The notes: generated from the sequence alone by a model not told the origin. A DNA stretch of 64,000 bases from Amoebidium appalachense (GCA_963693365.1 CAVNZM010000001.1:10318161-10382160), one strand, 5' to 3'; positions 36,208 to 50,267 are shown, counted from the stretch's first letter. Numbers and translations: made by a program.

Positions 36208-37433
36208 AAAAAAGGAAAAAAATAAATAAATAAAAAATAAAATCTGAGACTTGTCTCTATGACTCGAGTAAACATCATAAAGCCCTGTTTGACACACTAT
36301 GCTTGACTAATGGTTAGGCATCCACACACCGTAAGGCTAATGCCTGCATGTCGACATTTTGTAGCACGGAAAGACTGCAACTCACACGAACCCAAAATCC
36401 TTTGACTCCGGATAATAATATATTAGGAGTATTCAATGCGCTATTCATAGACCTTACCGAGAGCCACATCGTGGAATAAAATGTAGCATGCTGGATATAG
36501 AAAATGGGCCCGAATCCTCCTTCATTTATAAATATCAGCCCTCTAGACATACTATAAGCCTAACAATGCTGAGCTCAAATTATTCACAATGAAACGACGT
36601 TTTTTTCAATACCAATTGGCCCTTAGCGCGAAGAAAAACCACTGTTTTTGTCTAAGTAGGGCTTGGTTTTGTAGTACGCCAGGCCGCCGCCAGCGGCCTC
36701 CCTGCCCGCCAGTTCGATCAGCGGCGGCCGACGCATTGGGGGGAGACTTTGAATTTGAGCTAAATGTTTTGATTGGTCGAAACTGATATGAAACTCAAAC
36801 TTTCAAACTTTCGTTACTATTAAGGGGGTGTGCATCACAGTTCTACTATACGAAGTTTGCGGCTTTGTCTTGCGCTCGGTATATAAAGATATCAAAATAA
36901 GCGTTTTTGTCTCCTGCGTATTTTCTACTAAGCATGTAATGGGTTTTGGCCGCAATGAAAGCTAATAAATAGAAAAAAAGGTCAATTTCATATGTCTTTC
37001 CTATGATCGCTATGCTTCATTTTATTCGGTCGATCTGAGCCGCTGGCCGCCGCGGTAAGGTCTATTGCCACTTTCTCTACAGAAAAGCTCTGAGAACGGG
37101 TCAAAAAAAATCTAGCTCCCTCATACTTATGACACACATGTATTCCTCAACAGAAACATGCGCGCGCACACCTCTTTTACTTCCACAAACATTCCGACCC
37201 TCGAACACAACCAGAATCCAGAAATACAACCCGTCTTCCAATCCCCTTTGTCTGACCCACAACACAGCCATACAGGCACGCAGCCATGCAGGCACACAGG
37301 TGCACAGGCACAAAGCACACATGTACACACAGACACGCACCCACACACACCCCATATACACAATCACCCACCATCACACACACACCAGACGCATGCACGA
37401 GCAAGCGGACCCCCCCCCCCCCCCCCCCCCCCT

Positions 37434-37472
<39 letters not shown>

Positions 37473-37903
37473 AAAAAAAAAAAACCAACCACAACCACCA
37501 TTGCAACCACCCCCACCACCACCCCCACCACCATCACACAGGCACATACACACACCCACCCACCCACACACCCACACACCCACACACACACACCTTTGCA
37601 ACCAGCTTTTCTTCAGGCAGGGTCCACGACACCTGGTAGTCTTTGGTGTGTATGTCATACATCTCGCGGATATTGCGAAACACCTTGGGTGCATAGTCCT
37701 ACACACAAGCATGGTTAGAAACAACACAAAAAAAACGATGGTTCAGATACCCCACTTGCTCTGGTTTTGACCTTTTGTACATTGGCTAGCCACGAGCAGA
37801 CACAGTATCTTACTGAACTCGTAATAATTAAAAACCTAAAAATTAAAAAGTTATAAAGACAAAGTAGGTATACCGGGCCAGTTTATGCATGGGGACATTG
37901 GAC

Positions 37904-37941
<38 letters not shown>

Positions 37942-38629
37942 GCACATAGACACACAACAGATGTCCACACAGATTAAGCGTAGAGGCCACCGAACCTTAA
38001 ACAGAGCCCGTCATCAGGGTAATGTTTTTTTTTTTGTTGTTGTTGTTGGGGGGGGGGGGGGGGCTCAACCAAAAAAACGAGCTTCAACTTTTCAAACTCT
38101 CACATGAAGTTCCCCAACATGCCTTGTGTTTCCACCTTAACTGGAATACGGAACGCTGAAAACGTTTCATCGAGTACTGCCGTCCAGCAGACATCGAGGT
38201 TGGGACCCCCGGGGGGGAAGGTGGGGGGGGGGGGGGGGGGGGGGGTTTGCAAAACAAAGTACACATTTAAGATTGACGACACAATTGAAATTCTGCGCAC
38301 ATACAAAGAGTATGCATGGGGAGGAGTGGGGAGGAGGGGGGGGGGGGGGGGGGAGGGGGGAAGGGGGGAGGGGGGCAGAAGGGATACCTTAATGAGTACT
38401 GGTCCCCCACCACCCTCTGTGGTCGTGAAATTGCTGGCAGCCTCTTTTAGGAAATCCTGGGGGGTCAGCTGGAACTGGTGCTCCACAGGAAGATCGCGCA
38501 CAACCTGGATCGCAACACGATTAGCGCACGATTAGGACACATCAATACCCATACTGATAGCATGAGAGTGGGCAAAGTTCCATCCGTCCCATTCAGATAA
38601 AAAAAAAAAAAAAAGAGGGGGAAAAGTGT

Positions 38630-38678
<49 letters not shown>

Positions 38679-39151
38679 GGACGGGCCGAAAAGGAAAAAA
38701 GAAAAACGGAAACCAACGAAAAAGAGCATGCTTGTGTGTGTGTTCCTTTGGCCTGCCACATGCGAGTCTCTTGTGCATGCTTGCACATGCGCGTGTGTGG
38801 GTGTGTGTGTGCATGTGCGCACGTACAGATAAAAGCATGTATGGAAATGTGTGTGTACGCGCGTGCGTGTGTGTGTGTGTTTGGCCGTGCACGAGAGCCC
38901 TTGTGTGTACGAGCACATGCGTATGTGCAGGTGGGTGTGTGCATGTATGCGTGTACGGATAATTGTGTGCTTGGGAATGTCAGTGTGTGTGTGTGTGGGT
39001 GTGCGTGAGAGTGTGTGTGTACATAGAGTTTACATGTGGTTGCACGTGTGCATATGCATGCGCATGTGCATGTTCGTGACCATGTGTGCGTGCACGCGCG
39101 CGCATGTGTGTACATGCGCACGTGAGTGTGCTTCCGTTTATGCTTACGTGG

Positions 39152-39192
<41 letters not shown>

Positions 39193-39232
39193 CGCGCGCA
39201 CGCACGCGTGCGTGTGTGCGTGTGTGCGCATG

Positions 39233-39263
<31 letters not shown>

Positions 39264-39593
39264 TGTGTGCATGCATGTGTGCGTGTGTGTGTGATAAATG
39301 CTTGCATGCATGTGTGTGTGTGTGTGTGTGCATATGGCATTTACCTGCCCGTCGTCCTCCTTCACACTCAGCCAGCGACCACACAGAAAGTGGTACATGT
39401 TTGTAGTCCTGTGGTCAAGAACCTCCACACGGTCCAGGAACCAGCTGGGAAACATGCCACTGTTGTCGTGCCCGATTCTGAGGGTCGGGGGGGGGGGGGG
39501 GGGGGGGGGAAGGCAGTTGGTGTGTGTTGATGTGTGCGTGTATGTTCTGGGCGGGATGGGAAGGTGGAGGTGGGGGGAGCGGTGAGGCGAAGG

Positions 39594-39631
<38 letters not shown>

Positions 39632-39932
39632 GCGGGCAAGGAGGGGATTCTAAGAACAGAGGAGAGGGGGAGGTGGGGAGGGGGGGGGAGGTTTTGAATG
39701 CGTCAAAAAGTACGAAGTACACAAGAACAAACGGATAACACGATGCAGAATGCAAGCCATACATAAAGAGTATGCATAATAAGCAGGGAGGGGGGGGGGG
39801 GGGGAGGATAAGAGGAGAGCATTCTAAGGACAACGGCGGAGGGGGGGAGGAGAAGGGAGGGGGCGGGGGGAGGGGGGAGCTACTGGGGCTATGTATAACA
39901 AGCGTACAGGAGATACGCTTGTTTGTATATAT

Positions 39933-40011
<79 letters not shown>

Positions 40012-40678
40012 TGCGTGCGCATGTGCGCCAGTGTGTGTGTGTGTGTGCGTAAGCGCAAGCGTGCGTGCGTATAAGCGCATTTGTGCCCGTGTGCGCTAGC
40101 GACAGCGACAGATGAGGGGACGGGGGGATAGTAGCAACAGGCAGGCACACCCACCTGACCTTTGCCAGCTCCCCGAAGTTCTTAAGTTCGATCAAGAACA
40201 CATCCGTCTGGCCCCTCTGGAAGCGCACGTGCATCTCATCGTGGTTGACGTCATTCTTATCATCTAGTTGCATAACACCGCTGTGGTCTCCGTCTGTTTT
40301 TGGTTTTGGTTTTGGTTTTTTTGGTTTTTTTGGTTGGGAGAGGGAGGCGGAGGGGGGGGGGAGAGGGGGGGGGGGGGGGGGGGGATGTATGTGTCAGAGG
40401 GTTGGAAATATGGAGGAGACAAGGGAGGGGAAGGGGGAGTGGAAGAGGGAGGGAGGGAGGGAGGGAGGGAGGGATGGAGGGGGAGGGGAGAGAAGGGAGG
40501 GCGGACCAGGAGGAGAGAAAGAGTGAAAGGGGGGGAGATGAAGAGAGAAAGGGAAGGAGGGAGAGGGGGAGGGAGAGAGAGGGAGAGGGAGAAGGAGAGG
40601 GAGGGAGGGAGAGGGAAAGATACGGGAGGAGGGGGTGGAGAGAGGGTCGGAGAAGAAGGCAGAGAGAGGTGGCCAGGG

Positions 40679-40716
<38 letters not shown>

Positions 40717-42033
40717 CTGATTGTGTCAGGGAGTACGAAAGACACATTCACGGCTGACAACACAAGAAAGTTCGTGCAGAGAGGAGCACACACAAACACA
40801 GTCATGATCCCCATAAGTAGAGCTTGTCCCAACAGGGGCCTGTCTCAGTTATATTAACCATGTGTCATTGTTGGCTGTGGTGCGCACGCGTGCATGAACA
40901 TGTAGTGTTTTCTAAATGATTGTGTTGTAGCTTGATTCGTATTGTTAAAGTGTTACGCTCGGTGCCTGTACGTGAAGTCCATACCCTCACGTGTATGTTT
41001 GCTGGTGACCGCTTGAATGCAAGAACGTAAGCATAACAATGCAAATCTGTCTGATAAGACACAGAGCCCACGTACACGCACACACCTATATCCACACCCG
41101 CACATGCATGTTGATGTTTCTCTCCACTTGCTCATGGATTAAGAAAAAAAGAAAATATTGTGCAAAAACATGCAGTACCAAACACACCTGCGCCAAACAG
41201 AGTAATGAAGACATGTACACGTAGTTAGACATGCAATGAAAAAAGAGGAAGAAAACAAAGAAAAAAATCATGCAAAACATGCAGTATCAAACACACCTGC
41301 ACCAAACAGAGTAATGAAGACGTTTGCGCGTGTGCTCGAGTTAAACAGGCGATGAAAAAACAAGGAAAACACAATGAAAAAATCGCGCAAAAACACGCAG
41401 TATCAAAAACACCTGCGCCAAACAGAGTAATGAAGACATTTGCGCGTGTGTAAACGCGTGTGGACACATATCCGATGAAAAAAGGGGAAGAAAAATAAGG
41501 AAAAAATGTTCAAGAAACACAAATTATCAAACACACCTGCGCCAGACGGAGTAATGAAGACATTTGCACGTGTGCTCGAGTTAAACAGGTGATGAAAGCC
41601 AGGATAAAATCTTGCGAAAACATGCAGGAAAAAACCTTGCAAAAACACACGGTATCAAACACACCTGCGCCAAACAGGGTAATGAAGACATTTGCGCGTG
41701 TGCTCGAGTTGAACCTGTCCGCTGTGATTACTCTGACCTCATACTTGACTACTGCGTCCTTGTCTGGCGGCGGTGTTTTCATGCTCAGAGTGTCCGTGTC
41801 CTGTGTCTTGTTGTGGTACCTGCCGTGCATGAAGGGTGTTAAAGAAAAGGGGAAGGAGGGGGGGAGGGGGTTGGGGGGAGGGGGGGGGGGGGAAAGGGGG
41901 GGAGGGGGGGGGGGGGAAAGGGGGGGGGGGGAGGATGAGGGGGTTTTTCTGTAGGGATCCGGTTCAGGTCAGACCCGAAGGAGGGGGGAGGGAAGGGGGG
42001 AAGGGAGGGGAAGGGGGCCCAGGAATGGAGGGA

Positions 42034-42087
<54 letters not shown>

Positions 42088-42478
42088 GGGGATCAGTTTA
42101 GGATGTGTTTTTGGGGGTTTCTTCCTAGGGGATCCGGGTCGTGTCAGACACGAAGGTGATTGGCGAGATGCGCATCAAACAGTATTTTGGCCTGACCCGC
42201 AAGGGTTAATAAATCGGCCTAAAAGAAATCCCCTTAAAAGATTGCGAAGTGCACATTGACGATGGAAAGAAAATGCAGGTTTTGCAAGCACACACACAGA
42301 AATGCACCATAAGCAGAGCTTATCCTCCTTTGGAAGGAGGGGGGAGGGGGGGTAAGATGCATTAGGGGGGGGGGGGGGGGAGGGAGGAGGGGAATAGAAG
42401 CAAAAAAGAAGCATTACATAGAATGATTAATAGAAAGCGAAAAATAATCGGAAAACAGGCAACAGGAACTCTACACAG

Positions 42479-42563
<85 letters not shown>

Positions 42564-42978
42564 TGTGTATGTGTGTAGAATAGAGCCCATAGTAAGAAAC
42601 TCCCAGGCGCCCACAAAGCAAGGGTTTTCAACACTTAGACCTAAGGTGTGCCGGAGAGGGGAGCGCAGATGGTGGTGGTGGTGGTGGTGTGTGTGTGTGT
42701 GTGCCTGTGTATGTGTGTGTGTGTGTGTGTTTGGGGGCGCGGAGGGGGGGGGGGGGGAGGGGGGATGGGAGCTGGGTGTAGGTCGGTACTCAAGTATTGA
42801 GCGCAAACATACAACGGATTATATACAGTGGATAGTGGTGAAAAGAACATGCACATACAAATATGCAATACAATAAGGGCATCTCTTCATGCCCACACAC
42901 GACACATGCAAGATGATCAACACCCATCCTCTTACTCCCTCCATTCCCCGCCTCTCTTTCCCCCCCCCCCCCCCCCCC

Positions 42979-43017
<39 letters not shown>

Positions 43018-43149
43018 CCCTCCCCCCACCACCACCACCACCAAAGAAAAAAAAAAAAAAAAAAAAAAAAAAGGGGGAAGAAAGAAAAAGGAAAAACGGC
43101 CGTTTGCACAATCGAACAGCACGAGTGTATATGGTGGTGTTTGGGGAAA

Positions 43150-43182
<33 letters not shown>

Positions 43183-43670
43183 GGGGGGGGGGGGGAAAGG
43201 GGGAGAGGAGAGTGTGGTAAGGCTCCCTGGGGAAGCGGGGGAGGGTGGGAAGGGGGGGGGGGGGGGGGGGACGGAGAAGATGCACGGAGAAGGCGTGGGA
43301 CAGTGTAGACATAGGTGTGTGCATATGGCATCGTTGTGGAAACAAACCGGGCGCCTCACAGAGAATAATATGATGAGAAAGAAGAAGATCAAAGGGCAGG
43401 TGAAAGATTGGAGGGGTTGGGGGGGAGAGGGGGGAGGGGGGAAGGGGTGGAGGGAAGAGGGGGGGGGGGGGGGGGGGAGGGGTTACTTGTTATGTGAGTC
43501 CTGGGAGGCTTTGCGTATGCCGGCTGTAATCTGTCGTGTTGTATATGATTAGAAGCTTGCTCAAGCAACGCTGTGCAGAGGGAGGGCAAAGGGGGGAAAG
43601 TGTGTGTGTGTTGGGGGGGGCAGGGGAGGGGGAGGGTGGGGGGAGGCCAAAGTATACACAGAACTTGTCG

Positions 43671-43703
<33 letters not shown>

Positions 43704-44163
43704 AAAGTGTACAAAAAATATAAATGAAAAGCGAGCACACAGAAGAGTAAACCCGAAGCTCGCAGGAATGTATAAATCACAACGGTGGCACCAGATTTTC
43801 GGCCTTGGTACAAGATCCCACTTAGACACCGCTTGAGAAAACTAAAGAGGGCAAAACACAAGCACGCGGCAGGGAGGGGAGGGAGGGGGTGGGGGGGGGG
43901 GAGGGGGGAAGGGAGGGAAGGGGAGAGGGGGGGGGGGGGAGAGAGAACGAAAAGAAGCTGGTGATTTGATGAGCGCTTTCAGTGACATAGCTCCAAAAAG
44001 GCTTTACACTCAGTAAGTGTACCTCAGCTCGGTAAAATGTGGAGTGGGCAAGATTACTGTGCACAAAGATCCGGGAGACAGGTAGAACATAAAGAGAGGT
44101 GCTAAATGGTGGAGTGGGAGGGAAGGGAAGGGGGGGGAAGGGGGGGGGGGGGGGGGGGGGGAA

Positions 44164-44195
<32 letters not shown>

Positions 44196-44198
44196 GGT

Positions 44199-44229
<31 letters not shown>

Positions 44230-44471
44230 GGGGGGGGGGGGGGGGGGGGGAGGGGGGGGGGAGCAAAATAATGATCTGCAGGCAAGGTGTTTCATGTAGC
44301 CCAGAACGATAGTAGGTGAAGCGGGGTAAAGATGTAGTCCAAGGCACACGCATAGCGAACTCTGTGCATGCACCTCACAGTTTTATGCACACAGATGCAG
44401 GCACACACTCAAACAAGCAACGGCAAAAACATAGGGGAAAATACCGCCGTGAGAACCTCGGCCCCCGGCAT
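25670..44471 (-). CDS. PLAT/LH2 domain + phosphatidylinositol-phosphate kinase (PIPK, type II-like) + C-terminal predicted coiled coil, ~622 aa, 20 exons
   Basis: Exons: 44471-44445 and 43530-43487 (both tentative but phase-compatible), 41819-41665, 40293-40155, 39477-39345, 38504-38388, 37698-37594, 35985-35905, 34621-34532, 33713-33617, 33021-32978, 32333-32276, 30589-30511, 30013-29917, 29678-29583, 28865-28763, 28208-28138, 27270-27175, 26544-26404, 25765-25670 (TAA). PLAT motifs: [55 protein letters not shown] motifs: [58 protein letters not shown]. Confidence 0.9.
27378..27476 (-). pseudogene. Tandem duplicate of the acceptor and 5' end of PIPK exon 27270-27175
   Basis: Near-identical to 27243-27372, with TCGA changed to TTAA. 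Confidence 0.9.
30771..31270 (-). mobile_element. Interspersed repeat family A, probably the longest copy (boundary at higher coordinates uncertain)
   Basis: 30771-30973 matches 13789-13990. Complex non-microsatellite sequence continues to about 31400 and may belong to the element. Confidence 0.7.
33344..33530. repeat. Two-copy intronic tandem duplication embedded in (CA)n
   Basis: cacaactagac...gcaggctcaggcaggcaggcagacacgt(g/a)cgaac occurs twice. Confidence 0.85.
34628..35266. repeat. AT-rich intronic minisatellite, ~60-bp unit, about 11 copies
   Basis: Unit approximately ttaacaccatagtttttgcttctaataacctttcttcatcaacataaatgttttcaattc. Confidence 0.9.
35267..35303 (-). pseudogene. Degenerate copy of the 5' end of PIPK exon 34621-34532; acceptor CAG changed to CAA
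   Basis: Reads [10 protein letters not shown] versus [10 protein letters not shown] in the exon (34591-34627). Confidence 0.75.
39692..39786 (-). mobile_element. Interspersed repeat family A, short terminal copy between G-tracts
   Basis: Matches 13789-13881 with no difference seen by eye. Confidence 0.8.
41130..41712 (-). repeat. Tandem array (~110-130 bp unit, 5 copies) of the 3' end of PLAT exon 41819-41665 with its GT donor
   Basis: GTCTTCATTAC(T/C)C(T/C)GT(T/C)TGG(C/T)GCAG|GTGT recurs, with donors at 41664, 41536, 41412, 41296 and 41187. Confidence 0.92.
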
Positions 44472-45715
44472 CTTGCATGTGTGGCCCGAAGCCTAGATCT
44501 GACTCAAAAGAAGAGAGGATGCGTTGGAAAACGGAGAAGTGCTGTGAAAAATGGACAGCACTAAAAAAGCAAAGCTTGTCTGTCTTGCTTCTTTAAGCTT
44601 GGACGAAAAACAAGTGAAGTGCGCGTGGCTTGTGGGGATCCCGGCACAATTAGATAAGATGCGCTATAGCTGTTGTTGGTGCCGTTTGAGGCACAACGCG
44701 TGTTTTCCACACAGAAAGCCACTACTTTCATGCACTTTAGACCTCAAACACTCATTATCTTCGAAGTTCGTAACGGTAAGCCTATCACCCTGTCAAAATG
44801 CCACGATGTTCGACAAAACTTGACGTGAGTGATAAAGTATGTTTTTACACTTGATTCACAGCTATGCACCGCCGCATTTTTTACGTTCATAGTTCTGTTT
44901 TGATGGTGCTCCCTAATCCAATTATGTAGCTTTTAGTCTAACTTTATTTGGTTAAATAGAATCAGAAAGTTTGCCCGCCAAGCCTTTTTGCCTTTTTTGG
45001 CAGGTAGATAGCCGTGTTCACGAACCTGTTTTATTGGCCAGAAAACCGGATTTTAGGTTTATTAAAGAAATTTACGATTGGCTAACAATATGCAATCGGC
45101 TAGATAAAATCGCTGTCTGGTTGGTCCATTTTTTGTATAATTTACTTCTCTTCAAACAGCGCTGCTTTTCTTCAGCTTTATATACCAAAATACAACGAAA
45201 CAAACAATCATAAATAACTTCTTATGAAATTTCGATGTTTCCTTCTAAAACTTTCCTTATAAAACTCTGAAATTAATGTGCTTTGCTTAGCAAACCCTGT
45301 CCTTACTTCATTGGCTCAATAAAAATATTTCTATATTTTACCTGTTTTTGATTAGCTCAAGGTCACTTGCTGCCGCTCTCCGTTCCCATGCAGTCGGCCG
45401 TTGCGAAGGCGGGCCGCGGCTGTGTTGAGGCTGAAGCAAGGCCTCCTAAATAGCACAGCTTTAGGAGGCCTTGGGCTGAAGTGACAGCCCACCGAGTTGT
45501 TTTTCCTAACTTGTTTGTTTTGTTTTTGATCTGCCATTTGAAAGTCTGAAAGCAAAACTATATCTCGCTTAGATTTGCGGCCGAACCCCTTTCTTAAAGT
45601 ATTACATAGTCCCTTGCCTCCCTGTAGTCACCACCTCTGACCACCAACCACCCACAGTTCTCCCGTTTTCGTTCCTTTGCACGTCCTTGCTTCCCTATGA
45701 AGCAACGTGTAGAAA
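44472..45715. promoter_or_regulatory. Divergent promoter region between the PLAT-PIPK and SAM/AT-hook genes
   Basis: Microsatellite-free 1.2 kb between head-to-head starts; ATTGG boxes at ~45033, 45077 and 45310. Confidence 0.5.
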
Positions 45716-46959
45716 ATGGCAGAAAGCGATAGTGAATTAGGACCCCTGTCCATGGTCTCGCAGGAGCACAGCGAGATTGAGCCGGCCACGAAAACCGAAG
45801 ACAGTTTGCCTCATGGTTACGCCCCTGGCCTTTCCCAGGCATACATGGGCGGAGGGGTCGGCTTGGAAGTTGCTAGGAACTACATCAATGAAGGGAACAT
45901 CGACGAAGAGGAGACGTCTGATGAGCGGGTGCGTTGAATGGGTGCCTTTTACCTCTGTGCTTGTTTGTGTGTGTGTGTTCCTGTGTGTGTGGGAGGGGGG
46001 TTGGTTGGGGGGAGGGGGGGGGAGGGAGGGAGGTGGCAGCGAAAGGGGCTCTTTATTCCTTAGTTTCCAACTTTGTGTTGTTGCTCTTCCCCTTTCTCCG
46101 TTTCTCGGAGAGGGGGATGGAGGGGGGGGGGGGGGGGGGGGAGGGTGTGCTCTGAAACATGCACTAAATCTTTTGTCTTCTCCTTTGAAGCTGCTGCTCC
46201 ATGCATATAGCCACACTTCGGGTCTCATTTGACCCTTGTGCTTTTAACCTGAGGCTCATTGCCAACTCTTTTCTCGCTTTCCCAATCAATCCATCCGTTA
46301 CATTTCCTTGAGGCTGGAGTCTGCTTACGCTTTTTTCTAGTTTGTGTGCCTTGCCGCCGCTCCACAAGTCGAAGAAAGCGTGCCGCTCTTTCACTTCTCT
46401 ACTCCTACCCCTCCCCCCCCCCCCCCTCCCCCCGTCATATCCTAGACCCCTCGTTAAGTAACGTGCTGTCGCCTTGGAACCCCCCGCCCTCCTCCTCCCC
46501 CTCTGCCCTCTCTGTCCCTACCGGCACATCGGCCCGCCCAGCCTCTTGAGCGACTATCGACCCAAACGCTGCAGGTTTTGTGTTGTTGTCTGTCTTCTTC
46601 ATGGTAAACTTATGGTGCCACCTTTCTTTCCCCCCTATCATAATTCCCATGCTCTTCCTTCTCCCCCCGTCCGCGGCTTTGTTTTTAAGGCCATTCACCG
46701 TGTAACTCTCCTTTACATGCACCCAGCCTTCCCCACCCCCCACCCCCCTCCCCTTTCTCTCTTGCCACACACAAACACATAACCGCCCCCACCGACCCCC
46801 TCAGCCCCATCCTATCTTCTTTGCCCCTCCCCCCCCCCCTCCCCCCCTCCTGCGATTCGCCCATCCGTTTACCTGTTAATTCCCCTCCCCTCCGTCTTCC
46901 CCCCCCCTCCCCTCCCCCCCCCCCCCTCTTGCTCCCCCCCCCCAAAAACAATCACACAC

Positions 46960-46993
<34 letters not shown>

Positions 46994-47494
46994 TATGCAC
47001 ACCCCTTTCTGCCCATTTCCATTTCCTTTTAAACAGGACGCATCCGGTGTGGGGCCTGGAGGCATGGCAGGGGTAGTTGTGTGGCTGCAGTCGCTAGGTC
47101 TGGACCAGTACCGACAGATCTTTGAGGATGACGGGTTCGACAGTGTCGATGCGGTAATGAGGCCCCCTTCAGACACACATGCACACACATACACACATGC
47201 ACACACACACACATACACACATGCACATACACAAGCACACACAAGCATGTGCAGACATGCACACTCACGCATGCACACACTAACACATACGCACACATGC
47301 GCACATGCACACATGCGCGCGCACGCATGCACACGCACACGCATACACACACATGCATATACACAAAAAAGAAAAGGGTACGGAAGAAAAAGAAGAAAAA
47401 GTAAACTGCAAAAGAAAACCTCTTTTGCTCTAACCACAACCACAACTGCAACACAAGATTTACACTTAGAGACCCAGGCGAAAGTTTATGCACT

Positions 47495-47549
<55 letters not shown>

Positions 47550-48318
47550 CCTCCTTCCCCCCCACCCACCCAACCGCCTACATACACGTACACATACACA
47601 TACCTAACACCCCTACCACCATATGCTTATTTCCACCCCTTCCCCATACCTCACCCCATTTCGCCATGCCAATCCCCCCCCCCCCCCCCCCCATGGCATC
47701 TCTCCCCCCCCTGCCCCCCCCCCCCCCCCCCCCCCCCTCCCACCCTCCCCCTCCTCATCCTCCCCCAAAGATGGGCTCTGCGTGTTTTGCATACTCTTTT
47801 ATGTGTGGTTTGCACCCTGCATTGTGTTGTCGGTTGGGAATGTGTCCTTCGTGCCCTATAACGCATTCTAACCCCCCCCCCCCCCCCCCCCCCCTGTTCC
47901 CGATCCCTTTTCCAGGTACGGGCAATCCAAGAGAGTGACCTAGTAGCTATGGGAGTCAAGACTGGGCACATACGGCTCATAATGAAAAACCTACCCCCTG
48001 CACCCAGCACACATGACTTGGGTAAGCCCGGTGTGTTTTGGTGTTTTGGTGTGAGATGTGATATGTTGTGCGTGCGTATGTGGGGGATGTGTGGTCCGTT
48101 TGCTCTGTTTTCGTGTGTGTTCTTCATTCATTCATTTGTTTATAAATTTCAATTTGTTTTTTATTTATTTGTTCACTTATTCACTTTCAGGGTCCGTTGC
48201 TTGTTTCTGCATTGCGTTGTTGGTGTAAAGTGATTTTTGTGCTTTGGATAGAACACTTCTCTTGGGCGGCGGGAGAAGGAATGGATTTTTATTGGTATAT
48301 TTCTTTTATTTTATTGTT

Positions 48319-48353
<35 letters not shown>

Positions 48354-48442
48354 GGGGGGGGGGGGGGGTTGGTATGTGTAGGTTAGTGTGCATGTTTGTA
48401 TCCTTGCGCGGTTAGAAACTACCATCCCGGGGAGGGAGACAT

Positions 48443-48477
<35 letters not shown>

Positions 48478-48913
48478 CTGATCTGGAGGTGTATAGGTCC
48501 TTGAGGCGCCGAGGAGGGGGGAGGGGAGGGGGGTGGGGAGTATGTGTGGGTTAGTGTGCATGTTGTAACCTTGCACGGTAAGAGGCAACTATCGATGGGG
48601 ATTGGGGCCCCCAATTTGTGGGGGGGGGGGGGGGGGGGGGGGGGAGGGGAGGGGGGGGGGGGGGGGGGGGACCGGGGTATGTGTAGGTTAGTGTGCATGT
48701 TTGTAACCCTGCACGGCATGGGGCTACCAGGGCTACTATGCCAAACGGGGGTTTTAACCTGTCATGGCTTTACAAACCTACACACACAACACGTGTACAT
48801 GCACACTTGTCACCCATATGCACACGTGCATTCACAACATGCGCACACACATGCGCTTCCACACACACACACACACATGCACATGCACACATTCCCCCCC
48901 CACACACACACGT

Positions 48914-48950
<37 letters not shown>

Positions 48951-49132
48951 GACCAAGGTCAAGCCTGCGCAGCGCAAGCCCTATGCCCCCCGTGCACCCT
49001 ATCTGGCCTCCATTCCCTACAAGCTGCCTATCCCCACCAATCCAAACCCGAATTCCATGAGGGTAGGTGTCCTTGCAAAGATTGCCTATATAATACGACA
49101 CAGATGCAACAGAAACGTGCGCGCTCACGCAT

Positions 49133-49177
<45 letters not shown>

Positions 49178-49391
49178 ATCCCACACCACACTACACCACA
49201 CTACACCACACTACACCAATCTTCTTCAATTTACTGCAACATACCGCTAAGTGACGGAATGACTGAAGAGGGACCAAACAAGATTTTTTTGTTTTGAGAA
49301 AAAAAAAAGAAAAAGAAGGGGGGGGGGGGGGGGGGGGGGGGGGAGGTTACAAGCGTGCATCTCTACAACTATGTACCGCCTACCCCTCCAC

Positions 49392-49482
<91 letters not shown>

Positions 49483-49659
49483 CGTGCCCACATGTATGCA
49501 TACAGCCTCCCTTGCGTCACTGTTATTTCTCGTTTCACAGCACGATAAAACTTACCCGGAGCAATTAGTGGTCTGTGGGGAGGAAAGTACAGAGAAAGGG
49601 AGTAGTTCATAATGATGTATGTTTGGACCGTGTTTTATAACCCACACATATTTTACCCA

Positions 49660-49694
<35 letters not shown>

Positions 49695-50038
49695 GATATC
49701 CCCCCACCCATGGCATGGTCGTGTACGGCCAGCGGGGCCCCCTTCCTCTCCCCCCAAGGCCTTCTGAGGCATTTGCCCAACACATCCCCCAAGGTGGGTG
49801 GGTGTGCTAGGAGTGAAATGAAAGGAAAAACCGGAATGTGAAATTCTTCGATTTTTTCCCTTAAATTTATGGGACCAAGCGGCATCATCTAACCAAGGCA
49901 ATGGTTCCAAGTTTCGCCAGTTTTTTTTTTTTTTTTTTTTTTTTTGTTTGGTTTTGTTTTGTTTTGTTTTCCGACCGAAAATGAAGCCCCATTGCCTTGG
50001 TTACATGACTTGCTTCAAAGCCGAAGGAGGGCCTTTCT

Positions 50039-50114
<76 letters not shown>

Positions 50115-50222
50115 ATGGGCTCTGCTTAGTATGCATACTCTGTGTGGTTTGCATTCTGCATTATGCTTTCGACTATGAACGTGTACCACATTTTAACCCC
50201 CTTTTCTCCCCCCTCCCCCCCC

Positions 50223-50267
<45 letters not shown>

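Noticed and set aside
43730-43841. Extra PIPK exon ([20 protein letters not shown]...)
   Set aside because: No good donor or homology, and the flanking exons join in phase without it.
50040-50112. Very long poly-C/poly-G tracts as specific G-quadruplex elements
   Set aside because: They are ubiquitous here and homopolymer lengths are unreliable in assemblies, so there is no locus-specific signal.
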